Assembly: GCA_000091205.1 (NCBI GenBank)
Contig: AP006489.2
Source: Cyanidioschyzon merolae
Taxonomy: Eukaryota
Length of the DNA: 64,000 bases
Strand: one strand, 5' to 3'
The notes below the pieces were generated by a model. The model did no database searches. It saw only the letters and a program-made list of their open reading frames with translations, and had not been told where the DNA came from. Made by a program: the position numbers and the translations under genes. Of the stretch, positions 54,846 to 64,000 are shown piece after piece; position 1 is the first letter of the stretch, and each line of letters starts with the position of its first letter.

Positions 54846-55541
54846 AAGTCGGCGTTATTCTGGCATGTCTTATTCAGACGAACCCGGATGCACCTCTCGC
54901 CTGGTGACTTTGCTTACGATACTAGCGGATACAAGTCGGCGTTATTCTGGTATGTCTTATTCAGACGAACCCGGATGCACCTCTCGCCTGGTGTCTTTGC
55001 TCACGATACTAGCGGATACAAGTCGGCGTTATTCTGGTATGTCTTATTCAGACGAACCCGGATGCACCTCTCGCCTGGTGACTTTGCTTACGATACTAGC
55101 GGATACAAGTCGGCGTTATTCTGGCATGTCTTATTCAGACGAACCCGGATGCACCTCTCGCCTGGTGACTTTGCTCACGATACTAGCGGATACAAGTCGG
55201 CGTTATTCTGGTATGTCTTATTCAGACGAACCCGGATGCACCTCTCGCCTGGTGACTTTGCTCACGATACTAGCGGATACAAGTCGGCGTTATTCTGGTA
55301 TGTCTTATTCAGACGAACCCGGATGCACCTCTCGCCTGGTGACTTTGCTCACGATACTAGCGGATACAAGTCGGCGTTATTCTGGTATGTCTTATTCAGA
55401 CGAACCCGGATGCACCTCTCGCCTGGTGACTTTGCTCACGATACTAGCGGATACAAGTCGGCGTTATTCTGGTATGTCTTATTCAGACGAACCCGGATGC
55501 ACCTCTCGCCTGGTGACTTTGCTCACGAGACTAGCGGATAC
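54846..55541. repeat. 87-bp (29-codon) minisatellite, 8 near-identical units
   Basis: Units start at 54846, 54933 and so on up to 55455 (period exactly 87), with only 3 variable sites (ggcatg/ggtatg, tgactt/tgtctt, gcttac/gctcac). Two plus-strand frames stay open through the array, giving ORFs of 412 and 428 aa. Confidence 0.9.
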
Positions 55542-56248
55542 CGCCGTGCAGCACGCCTCCGGGTCGCCACACATGATATGCCCGTTAGAACAGGGCTCTC
55601 TGGCCGGGAAACACAGACTTGTTTCGGCGCTGCGACTGCTGCTTGAAGGTGCTCCCCCGTGGCCCAAACGAACTTCCTGTGGCAGTCCCATACCACGCAT
55701 CGCGCCTTGCTACCGGGTGTCAGGTCCAGCACCGCTCTCAGGGCCTCCGCTTACCTCACGACGCTCTTCTCGAACTGGTTTCGAGCTGCATGCACGCTGT
55801 TTTCCGAAACGCTTTTCTAACGAGTTCCGCAGGCGCCGTGTGTCCCGCTGCGTGTTCGCATGCGACTGTCACCAGAAGTAGCGCCCGCGTTCGAAAAAGG
55901 ACAAAAGACTTTCGTTCGCCTGGTTGCCTATCGCCGCAAAAGCGATATCACACATATCCGTCTACACCATGCGCTGTATATACTTGTTCGTCGCGTTCAT
56001 CTCCGGTTTCAGTGCTACGAACACTGGTTGAAAAGGCGGTAAGCGCTAGCCGCAGCTGGCGTCAAGCGCGTGGGTTGGGGTCGGCGCGCCTTCGCCCCAG
56101 GCTCCATCGACACCGTTTGCGGAGGCGACGACGCTTTGGAGCGCTGGACGTGACGGGTATCGTTTCTGTTATCTTTCGTAACGCCACGCTGGAAGCGAGT
56201 AAATAGTGTTGTTCTGGGGGAGTGCTGTGGAACTTGCCGGTGGTTCAC

Positions 56249-56853
56249 ATGTCTGCACCTAGTGCGGGCCCAAGTGAACGCGCGAACCATGTGGCGACAA
56301 CTTCTCGAGCGTCGCGACTCCGACTGCTAGCTGACCTGCGCGACATGCAGCAAGACCCGCCGGAGGGCTGCTCCGCGTCTCCGTACTGCGAAGATAGTAA
56401 GTTTTGGATAGAATGAGTGCGTCGAGCGTCTTGGCTCACGAAGATGCGCGACTCGGTTTTGAACACGAGACTAACCACTTGGTTGAACGCTCAGACTTGT
56501 ATACCTGGGGTGCAACTATCATCGGTCCCGAGGACAGTGAATGGGAAAATGCGGTGCTTACGCTGAAGCTGACGTTCCCAGAGCAGTATCCTGAGAAACC
56601 ACCACGAGTTCGCTTTACATGTGAGATGTTCCATCCGAACGTGTACCACGATGGCAACGTATGCTTGTCTCTTCTCAGCGAGAACTGGTCGGCTGCATAT
56701 AGTGTATCCAGTATCCTGATCGCAATCCGGAGCTTGCTAACGGATCCGAACCCAAACTCGCCCGCGAATCCCGAAGCTGCACATCTATTCTCAATGGACT
56801 ACAATGATTACAAGCGGCGGGTGCGGCGAATTGCCCAAAAATCTCTAGAATGA
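56249..56853 (+). CDS. RAD6: RAD6/UBC2-type ubiquitin-conjugating enzyme E2, two exons: 56249..56396 and 56495..56853
   Basis: Exon 1: MSAPSAGPSERANHVATTSRASRLRLLADLRDMQQDPPEGCSASPYCED. Exon 2: NLYTWGATIIGPEDSEWENAVLTLKLTFPEQYPEKPPRVRFTCEMFHPNVYHDGNVCLSLLSENWSAAYSVSSILIAIRSLLTDPNPNSPANPEAA... The spliced product (168 aa) is colinear with yeast/human RAD6/UBE2A, and the junction reconstitutes the EDN(I)LTW motif. Confidence 0.85.
56397..56494 (+). other. Spliceosomal intron (98 nt, phase 1) of the RAD6/UBC2 gene
   Basis: The 5' splice site is GAT A|GTAAGT at 56397 and the 3' splice site is gctcag|AC ending at 56494. Joining the exons restores the frame and the conserved E2 sequence. Confidence 0.8.
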
Positions 56854-58350
56854 GGCGCCCCTCTCTTCGTCTCTCCTGAAAACGAGTATATCCGCAGTGA
56901 GTGGCGCAGTACGTCTGTTTTCCAAAGTGTCTGCGGGTTTGTCCGGCCCCAGCTTGTGATGGGATGGAGCGGAGCTCGCACGCGAGCATCAGAAACGAAC
57001 ACGGGTGTTAAGAGTGGATCCCGGCATCACCATCATCATCATCGTCGTCGTCATACCGAGCGGACAGCAGTTCTTTACTGCTGGTACTAGAGCATGCCCA
57101 TTGCAGCGCGAAGGAAATATTGCGCGTGCACTGCAGTAGCGCGGTTTCCGTTGACGGCACGACGCCAGCGCGGCGAGCGCACACGGAACCCTCCAGCACG
57201 ATAGGGCGCACGGCAGCTAGTTGGCTGCAGGTCGTGTCGGGAGCGAGGCGTTGCGGGAACCGGTGTTTGAAGCAGCAACGCAGCGCCTTCGCTCGTGCAT
57301 GCTGAGCGGCTTTGCCCGCTGCAGAGATGCCCCGCTTACGGAACTTTGTTCGTCGATCAAACGCATTTCTACCGCTGGAAGTTTTCTGTTTACTGCGCGC
57401 GACTCAAAAAAATGCTCATGTATAGGACATCGGGACAAAAGAGCGGCTTTGAAAGCTTTCTTGGATGTATTCGGGGCCTCCGGTCTGTGTGGATGCCATT
57501 GCTGTTCGCGATGACTGCTTGCTTCATCAGCGCGTAAAGTGTTCCCATGTACAGCACGGAGAGCAGTTCGGAACCGTACGAGAAGCGCAAGTATTCCCCG
57601 TCGATTCCTGTGCTGGTCAACGTCATAGTGCCTGGCCCTGGATACATTTGTTGGTACCCAGCGCTGCTAGAGTGAGGTCATCGCCTTCATCTTGCTGACT
57701 TGGTCATGTCCATGGAAGCGGCGCTCTCAGCGCTGCTCCTGGACTGGATCACGATTCGGCGCCTCCATCACACCAAGACGCTGCATGAAAGATCGGCACA
57801 AAGTGACTGTGAGGCGGTCGCATCGGAGAAGATTCTCAGAGCGTTGGCGAGGTTACACTACCGCGCACACCCGTGATGTCTAGTTCCGGCTGCAGCGGCC
57901 TCGCTTTTTTTCAGGGAACACTTTACATCCAGTGCGAGATCGACTGCGAATCCAGTATTACCGGACAAAGCAATCGGGATCAAATGATGAAAGCAATGCC
58001 CATTGTAGCTAGACGGATTCAGATATACTCAAATCCTGCGTGAGAAAGACGTCCCTTCGCAAAACACACGGCACCATGAATGACCGAAACAACGCGCGTT
58101 GTAGCCGGATGGATACCAACATGCTCAAGTCCTGTGTGAGACGGTTTCCATCTGGGGCCAAAGAGGCCCTGAATGACGCACTCAACCGTTTTCAATGAAC
58201 GGGGCACCCAGCTTTGACGCAGGGACGCCTCGCCCCGACCGCATGGCACCTGGGTGTAAACGTTAACGCCAACAACGGGAACAACAACGGCGCACGTATC
58301 ATCACACGAGCAGTACTCGTTCGCACTGAAAACAGCTACAGGAAGGCTAT

Positions 58351-59391
58351 TTATGCAAAGACTCGCAGGCGGCTCGTGTCTATCCAAGGATTGATACCGC
58401 TCCGACGTGCTTCATCGGCCAGCTCGAGCTCGTCCTGATCCATACGCAAGACGTAGAGCAACGGCTCAGCGGGAAGCAGGGAAACTACAACGTCAACAAC
58501 GCAACCGTGCATCACGGGTGCCTGCTGCAGCACAACACCCAGACGTTCGTGGAGCGCGCCCTGCGCCAGCGCTTTGTTCCGGATGACGACAAGGTCACCG
58601 GCCTGATACCGCGGTATCCACGATTTGTCCATGGAGTGCAGCACTTGTGCAGGCATGTGCTGGGCTGCAAGCCTCGTCGCTCTGGTAGGAGGCGGGTTCC
58701 ATGAATCGAATTCCATTACAAGACGCTGGACGTCGACAATGTCTCGTTCCGACTCGCAGACTGCCGACTGGGCGACGTGCGCTTCCGCAGCTGTGACGCT
58801 ACTCCTCGCGACCTGAGGGAGGTTGGTACCCAAACGGCGCTCATGGAGCTCCAGGATGCTCTTATTCGAAAGCGGAATTCCGGGGGCCTTTGATACGTTG
58901 CCATGAACGGTGTCTTGGATGGAGACGAGCCAAACACGCTCCGGCTGCAGACGAACGACTGCGCTGGTATGCGGCGACGTTTCTCCTTCTGATACGAAAA
59001 CTACTCGGTCTGGACAATGGGCCAAGAGCCACTGCAAGAAGCGTCGGAGACTTTGCCAGCGCGTAGCGTGAAGCCGCACGTGTCTAGGGTCCTGAGTGAC
59101 GTAGTCATACACTTTCGTTGCCTGCACGCGTCGGTCTGGAAACTGAGACGTCCGACTGAGCTGAGCGAGTGCCAGCAAGAACTGGGAAAAAAAGCGTTCC
59201 GAGAAAAGCGCACGACAGGCACTTTCATTGCCAGCTAGAGCAATGACGCGCTCCTGGTGTGCTCGACCCGCCTGGTGGGTGTCCAGCGCTCGTTGGTCGC
59301 GGAACTGTCGTTCACACACCTGGCAGTAGAGTCGCAGTGCGGGCTTTGCCTGGCTCCGCAAACGCCGTGCGATCGCTCTAGGTGTCGACAT
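58351..59391 (-). CDS. KIN17: KIN17-like DNA/RNA-binding protein (C2H2 zinc finger + winged-helix + C-terminal SH3/KOW-like region)
   Basis: MSTPRAIARRLRSQAKPALRLYCQVCERQFRDQRALDTHQAGRAHQER aligns with human KIN17 TPKAIANRIKSKGLQKLRWYCQMCQKQCRDENGFKCH...SESHQRQ. ...KVYDYVTQDPRHVRLHATRWQSLRRFLQWL aligns with VYNEYISHREHIHMNATQWETLTDFTKWL. Confidence 0.75.
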   Translation of the reverse strand: MSTPRAIARRLRSQAKPALRLYCQVCERQFRDQRALDTHQAGRAHQERVIALAGNESACRALFSERFFSQFLLALAQLSRTSQFPDRRVQATKVYDYVTQDPRHVRLHATRWQSLRRFLQWLLAHCPDRVVFVSEGETSPHTSAVVRLQPERVWLVSIQDTVHGNVSKAPGIPLSNKSILELHERRLGTNLPQVARSSVTAAEAHVAQSAVCESERDIVDVQRLVMEFDSWNPPPTRATRLAAQHMPAQVLHSMDKSWIPRYQAGDLVVIRNKALAQGALHERLGVVLQQAPVMHGCVVDVVVSLLPAEPLLYVLRMDQDELELADEARRSGINPWIDTSRLRVFA

Positions 59392-59685
59392 GGTCCATGC
59401 TTTTCAAACGGCGCTCTTGCTGCGTCTTGAACCGCCGTTCTGCGGCCTGATGTAAGCGCTTCGTAGTCCAAGGGGACGTGCAGGATACGCAACTGCGTCG
59501 ACCTAACGACGTCGCGTTGGGTGAAGGTCCCCGTAGCTGCGTAGCTGTGGCCGGCTATGCGCGGCCAGGCGAAGCGCAAGTCCTTCCCTAGGAGGCCAGC
59601 AGTTTGATCAACTTGTATCGCCTGTACCGTACGATACGCTAATGAAACCGGTTAACTTTGCGAACTCGGGTGTGCATGCTATAGT

Positions 59686-60972
59686 TTGAGTCTCTTGCGA
59701 CTGTCAAAAATACCAGCCTTTGCGGAGCGGTTTTCGCGACTGTTTCCTTTTCCTCTCTCTTATCTCCGGATTTCCATACGATGGTCTCTCGTTTCACCCC
59801 AGCTCTGATGTCAGCTGTCGAAGGAAGCGGATGGCAGTGCTCAAATCTCGATCTCACTGATTTCGGCGGTTTTCGACGACTCCTATGCCCGGGCATAAGT
59901 TGCCCGTGATGCTTCCCGTGCCATTTTCATCTGCTTGGTTTACAGACCGGGTGCGCATGTCAGAGCGATGACAAGCCCTATGGTGGTCAAGTGTTCCCGT
60001 GTGTCCACCGAGCCTCCGTCTTCTAAATTCGCTCTGTGACTCGTACAGGCTTGCTTCATCGCTCGGCATGTGTCCAGGTGAGGTGTATCGGACGCTCATC
60101 TGGATACCCGACTCCGTCTCCGCCTCCATCTTCGCAAACCGAGGCACTCTCCTACGATCACGCGCTTCTTCTGAGCGATCCTCTAGGCGAGTTTCCTGCC
60201 CGCTGCACGAGCCAGTCTGCGCTGCCTCATTTGATATACGACTTGTGGACCGTGATGGTGTACGTGACGAAACAAGTACCGAAAAGAATATCCAAGTTGG
60301 AGACCAAGTCGCGAAATTCGGATCCGTCTACCCACTTGCCATGCAAACCAGTGACGCATTTTCCAGAGGAAGGGATCGCTGCGAAGCCTGCAGTCCCAGC
60401 TCGAGACACTTGACGATGCAAACACATGAGACGGGAGCTTCTTGGAACACATCCTTTGACAAGGTTCCAGCTGGTTCCGCATCGGGGTTTCATCGGTGGC
60501 TGCAAAGAATGGAGCACTGGTGTTTCAAACGGAATCGCTCATTTGAGGTGAGAATCTCAGTGAGGGTTCGGTATGGGTTTTTTTCGGAGGACCGGTCAAG
60601 GACTGACGTCGCATCGTTTCCTTTTCTCTATGAATCTATCAGCGCGGAGCGGAACGTCCACGAGTTACCGTGAATGAGAAAACACCAAAGACTCGAAGCA
60701 TGTGTGATTTGAGCGTGCCTCACACACGAGAAGCGGACGATTATGGTATGTAACGAGTCATTGTTCGAGGACGTCCGGAATCATGTTTATTTCGCTGATA
60801 TCATGAACGCCGGGGACAACGCGTCCATAGAGCGATTCCGACAAGCCGAGCGAGATTCCCAAAAGCACCAAAGAATCCGTAGGGCTTTATTCCAGCACTT
60901 TGAATAACAAGGCTGTGCATCGAAACAATTTTCGAAAAGCGTTGTATACGAGAAACAGTGCGACTAGTTCAG
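59686..60972 (+). mobile_element. Non-autonomous TnpB/Fanzor-like element copy B (about 98% identical to copy A at 30026..31311)
   Basis: Same termini and internal sequence as copy A. ORF 59999..60673 is identical to A's ORF except for a few substitutions (for example GKN to EKN) and a +1 insertion near 60483 (gcatcggggtttcatc against gcatctggtttcatc) that shifts the C-terminal frame. Confidence 0.6.
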
Positions 60973-61189
60973 CCTTCTAGTTTCATCGAAGACGAATGCG
61001 TCGTAAGCACTGATGCTGGACAGCATTGCTGCCGCTGCAGCACTCTTTGTCTACGTATCGTCCACTGAATAATCAGTTCGTGTGCAGACGGAGTGCTCAG
61101 GCCGCTCAGTGTCGCAGCCTAAGTTGCTCCGTTTGCGTTTCATCGTAAACTGGTTCGCAGACCGCTAGAGCCGCACCTGCTATCGGGTT

Positions 61190-62851
61190 TTGTTGGGCTG
61201 GCAACCAGAGCTTCGCGAAAGCCACGCACTAGGGTTGCTGCGTTTTGGCGAAGCGTTACGCAGCCTGGTGCAGCGACCAGTGCAACGTATGCCTCTGAAC
61301 CCAGGTGCGTCTGTTGCGGTGATTGGCGCTGGTGCTGCCGGACTAGTGGCAGTACGGATCTTTCGTGACGCGGGTTTCCGCGTGACTGCATTCGAGTGCA
61401 GCGAAACCGTCGGCGGCACTTGGAACTACCAAGATGTTGCGAACGAGCCTGACCTAGCACGGGCCGCAAGCCGCAGACTCGAGTCGACAACGACGACAGA
61501 GACGCCATCTTCGGAGGTTTTCAGGCAGGTGCCAGAACAGACGACTAGGCTCGCTGCACTGCCGCCGGTGCAGTCGTCTATCTACGCGGGTCTGCGAACG
61601 AACTTGCCCAGGCAAGTTATGCAGTTTTCCGATGCTCCGTTTCCAGAGCATTTGCCTTCATTCATAGGCCATCGCGATGTTCAGCGCTATATGGTAGACT
61701 ATGCTCGACGACACAACCTGGAGCGCCACATACGCTTCGGTGTCTGGGTGCAGCGCGTGCAGCCGGTCTCGAACGACGTTTGGAGTCGCTACCTGGTGAC
61801 GTTCTCGTCCTCGAAAAGCCCGGAGGCATGCACACAAGCATTCGATGCTGTTTGCGTCTGCAACGGGCACTACAGCGTGCCACAAATACCTGCTGAGCCG
61901 TACTCAGAGCCTGCGGATGGCACGGAGTACATTCCTGGTCTCACTGACGGAACATTTTGTCCTGGTGTTGTGCGGCACAGTCATTACTATCGGGATGCAG
62001 AAAAGTATCGCGATTTGCGGGTAATCTGCTTAGGAGCTGGTCCCTCCGGAGTGGATATCAGTCTAGAGATCGCTGAATATGCCAGAAAACCTGTCTATCT
62101 CTCGTGTCGAGCGGTGAAGCAAATGCCCTCAGATAGCGCCACGGAGCAGTACGGAGTTCTCCAGGTACCGCGACTTGTCGCTGTCATTGGTCCACGCACC
62201 GTGCAACTCGCGGACGGCAGCATTCTGCACGACATTGACGTGATCATGCTTTGCACCGGCTATCGATACTCGTTTCCGTTTCTGACCGAAGCGTGCGGTA
62301 TATCGGTGACGCTGCAGGGACGTGTCGTCACGCCGCTCTACCGCCATCTGATTCCAGTGTCCAGGTGGACGCTACCGCTCATAGGTATACCATATGCGGT
62401 GGTACCGTTTCCATTGTTTGAATTCCAGGCTCGTTATGTAGCTGCGGTCTTCCAAGGTCGCGTCCAGTTGCCGGAAATGAACGCAATGCAGGCTGCGATT
62501 CTAGAAGAGAAACAGGTGCAGCAAAGCTTTGGGTTACAGGCAAAACATTTTCATCGACTCGGTGATCGCCAGTGGGCCTACAACCGCGAGCTTGCGGATG
62601 CTGTTGGAGTCAAGGGACCGACCTTGGCCGTTCAGTCTGTGTACAACGATGCAGGCACACATCGGAAACTCGATCCGAAACATTATCGAGAGCGCGAATA
62701 TCGTATATTTGGTGACGGCCCAGAGGACTGGGAAGTACAGAGCCCGGCGATGGTACAGCTGGATGCGAAATCCAGTAAGAAGGGAAAGCATCCAACCAGG
62801 TCGAAAGAAGCAGCTATTGAGACAAGCGCTGAGTTTTCCGCTGGACTCTAA
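61190..62851 (+). CDS. Flavin-containing monooxygenase (FMO family)
   Basis: FAD site VAVIGAGAAGLVAVRIF...FECSETVGGTWNY; FMO-identifying motif FCPGVVRHSHYYRD (FxGxxxHxxxY/F); NADPH site VICLGAGPSGVDISLEI; ...MLCTGY. The true start is probably the internal Met at 61289. Confidence 0.8.
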   Translation: MLGWQPELRESHALGLLRFGEALRSLVQRPVQRMPLNPGASVAVIGAGAAGLVAVRIFRDAGFRVTAFECSETVGGTWNYQDVANEPDLARAASRRLESTTTTETPSSEVFRQVPEQTTRLAALPPVQSSIYAGLRTNLPRQVMQFSDAPFPEHLPSFIGHRDVQRYMVDYARRHNLERHIRFGVWVQRVQPVSNDVWSRYLVTFSSSKSPEACTQAFDAVCVCNGHYSVPQIPAEPYSEPADGTEYIPGLTDGTFCPGVVRHSHYYRDAEKYRDLRVICLGAGPSGVDISLEIAEYARKPVYLSCRAVKQMPSDSATEQYGVLQVPRLVAVIGPRTVQLADGSILHDIDVIMLCTGYRYSFPFLTEACGISVTLQGRVVTPLYRHLIPVSRWTLPLIGIPYAVVPFPLFEFQARYVAAVFQGRVQLPEMNAMQAAILEEKQVQQSFGLQAKHFHRLGDRQWAYNRELADAVGVKGPTLAVQSVYNDAGTHRKLDPKHYREREYRIFGDGPEDWEVQSPAMVQLDAKSSKKGKHPTRSKEAAIETSAEFSAGL

Positions 62852-64000
62852 CGCGATGTCGCTTTTCCAGGTAGAACCACGTAAGAACGATGAATCGCGA
62901 CTCTTGATTCATCCTTGAGATAGCCGCACATACGGATTGTGTCTTTTTTTCGGTATTGCCCTGGGATCGTAGGTGACGGTCTCGTGTTCTTCCAATATCA
63001 AATGAGATGCCCATGCTCATACCGCTCGAGCAGATGCCAATGCGTGGTGCGTCTCACTACAGACACAATATCGAATGAAAGCTCCACTCTTGTACGATTA
63101 CAGAAGATGACATAGCGTGTTGCGTTCCACTAGAGACGTGAAGCCTCCGTTATTGTGCGGTAGCCGTCTGGCGGCGCTCGCTTCGTCCATTCATCAGCAA
63201 ACTTCATCTTGGGGCATTCGCACTTGATTCCTGCGTTTCGGGGAGCGATATCGAGGTAACAGGTGGCTCGAATAGACGTTTTCCGTCTTGAAGCCGGAGC
63301 CGAAGGTCGTGCGGAGGTCCGGAAGGAAGCCAACGCGACACCGGTTACGCCGAATTTGCGAACATGTTCCGAGTCTGTACGCTGGAAACCTGAACCATTG
63401 GCAACGATGACTGCCTTCTTTCAAACATGAAGCCATAATCGGGGAAAGTCGCCGGCCCTTGTGCGAGAATGGCAGCCCAACGAGCGCCTTCGACTTTGGC
63501 AGTGCGTCCATCATCATAGATTGTCAAGTTGCGGCCAGTGTTCCGCTGGTAGCGCAGACCTAGGATCTGGTTCACGTCGCTACCACTGCGTATGCACGGT
63601 GTTCGGTGACTCGCTCTCGACGCATAGCTTGTAATCCCCGAATCCCTGCAGCGTCTTGCTTCTGGAACATTTACGCCTAGGCACTGGAAGGACGAGTTGT
63701 TTCGTAGAGCACACCGGCGTCTTGTATTTGGAAACTTTACCCCTATGTACTGGAAAGATGAGCAGGCCGTTCGTGTCGATTGGCTACTAGTCGTCTAGAA
63801 ACACATGCTAGTCCTGTTCGGGCTTCGAACCTGGTGCTCGCGGAGGCGCTGTCCGCGAGTCAGGTCGTTTTCGTTTTGGACGCCTTTCCCTCGATGAGTC
63901 CAAAACTTCATCAAATAGCGCACGGGACTCGGGGTCCTTTTCTGCCTCTGACGCAATTCGTGCAGTTATGGTCGTAAAGAGTATTCCGAAGAAGACGATG

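Noticed and set aside
54408-55881. The 412- and 428-aa ORFs spanning the 87-bp minisatellite as confident protein-coding genes.
   Set aside because: Open frames are an automatic consequence of a 3n-period repeat without stops. There is no homology or asymmetry evidence, so this is kept only as a finding to test.

Overview
This window reads as nuclear DNA from a GC-rich (by eye about 55-60% GC), intron-poor eukaryote. Most genes are intact single ORFs, and one canonical GTAAGT...CAG spliceosomal intron (98 nt) can be reconstructed in a RAD6/UBC2 gene, so spliced genes may be under-called elsewhere.

Recognisable genes, left to right:
- a pseudokinase-PP2C fusion (334-2691, minus strand)
- a twin Cx9C protein
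- a TOM22-like protein
- a CLEC16A/FPL-domain protein
- ribosomal protein P2
- a HIT-family protein
- a PPR-like protein
- aspartate-semialdehyde dehydrogenase
- DRG GTPase
- an Mpv17/PMP22 protein
- RAD18 (RING + UBZ4 + SAP)
- a GT34 glycosyltransferase
- a Myb factor
- a class-II-type histone deacetylase
- a bacterial-type UvrB with a 230-aa N-terminal extension
- RAD6/UBC2 (two exons)
- KIN17
- a flavin-containing monooxygenase

Repeats: a 127-bp satellite (about 7.5 units, stop codons in all six frames) upstream of ASD; an 87-bp (29-codon) minisatellite of 8 near-identical units; a 2 x 78-bp tandem directly upstream of the Myb start; and many microsatellites.

The most interesting content is a dispersed family of at least 8 degenerate copies or fragments of a TnpB/Fanzor-like (IS605 OrfB-type RuvC nuclease) element:
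- A roughly 2.2-kb frameshifted fuller copy at 49.7-51.9 kb shows, in the expected order on one strand, a basic NLS-like N-terminus, RuvC-I ([14 protein letters not shown]), a RuvC-II-like block, a zinc-ribbon remnant (CAQC...IDEFRTS) and RuvC-III (DFNAAINI).
- Two 1.29-kb non-autonomous copies 29.7 kb apart are about 98% identical, which points to recent duplication or mobilisation.
- Several copies carry a degenerate RuvC-III in which the Asp position is replaced.
- Downstream of the nuclease C-terminus, five copies share a conserved GCATG...CRTGC hairpin box with compensatory or wobble changes. This is a candidate omega-RNA or transposon-end structure.
- A Tc1/mariner-like transposase remnant lies next to one fragment.

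No tools were run. All calls rest on reading the ORF track and sequence against remembered family motifs.
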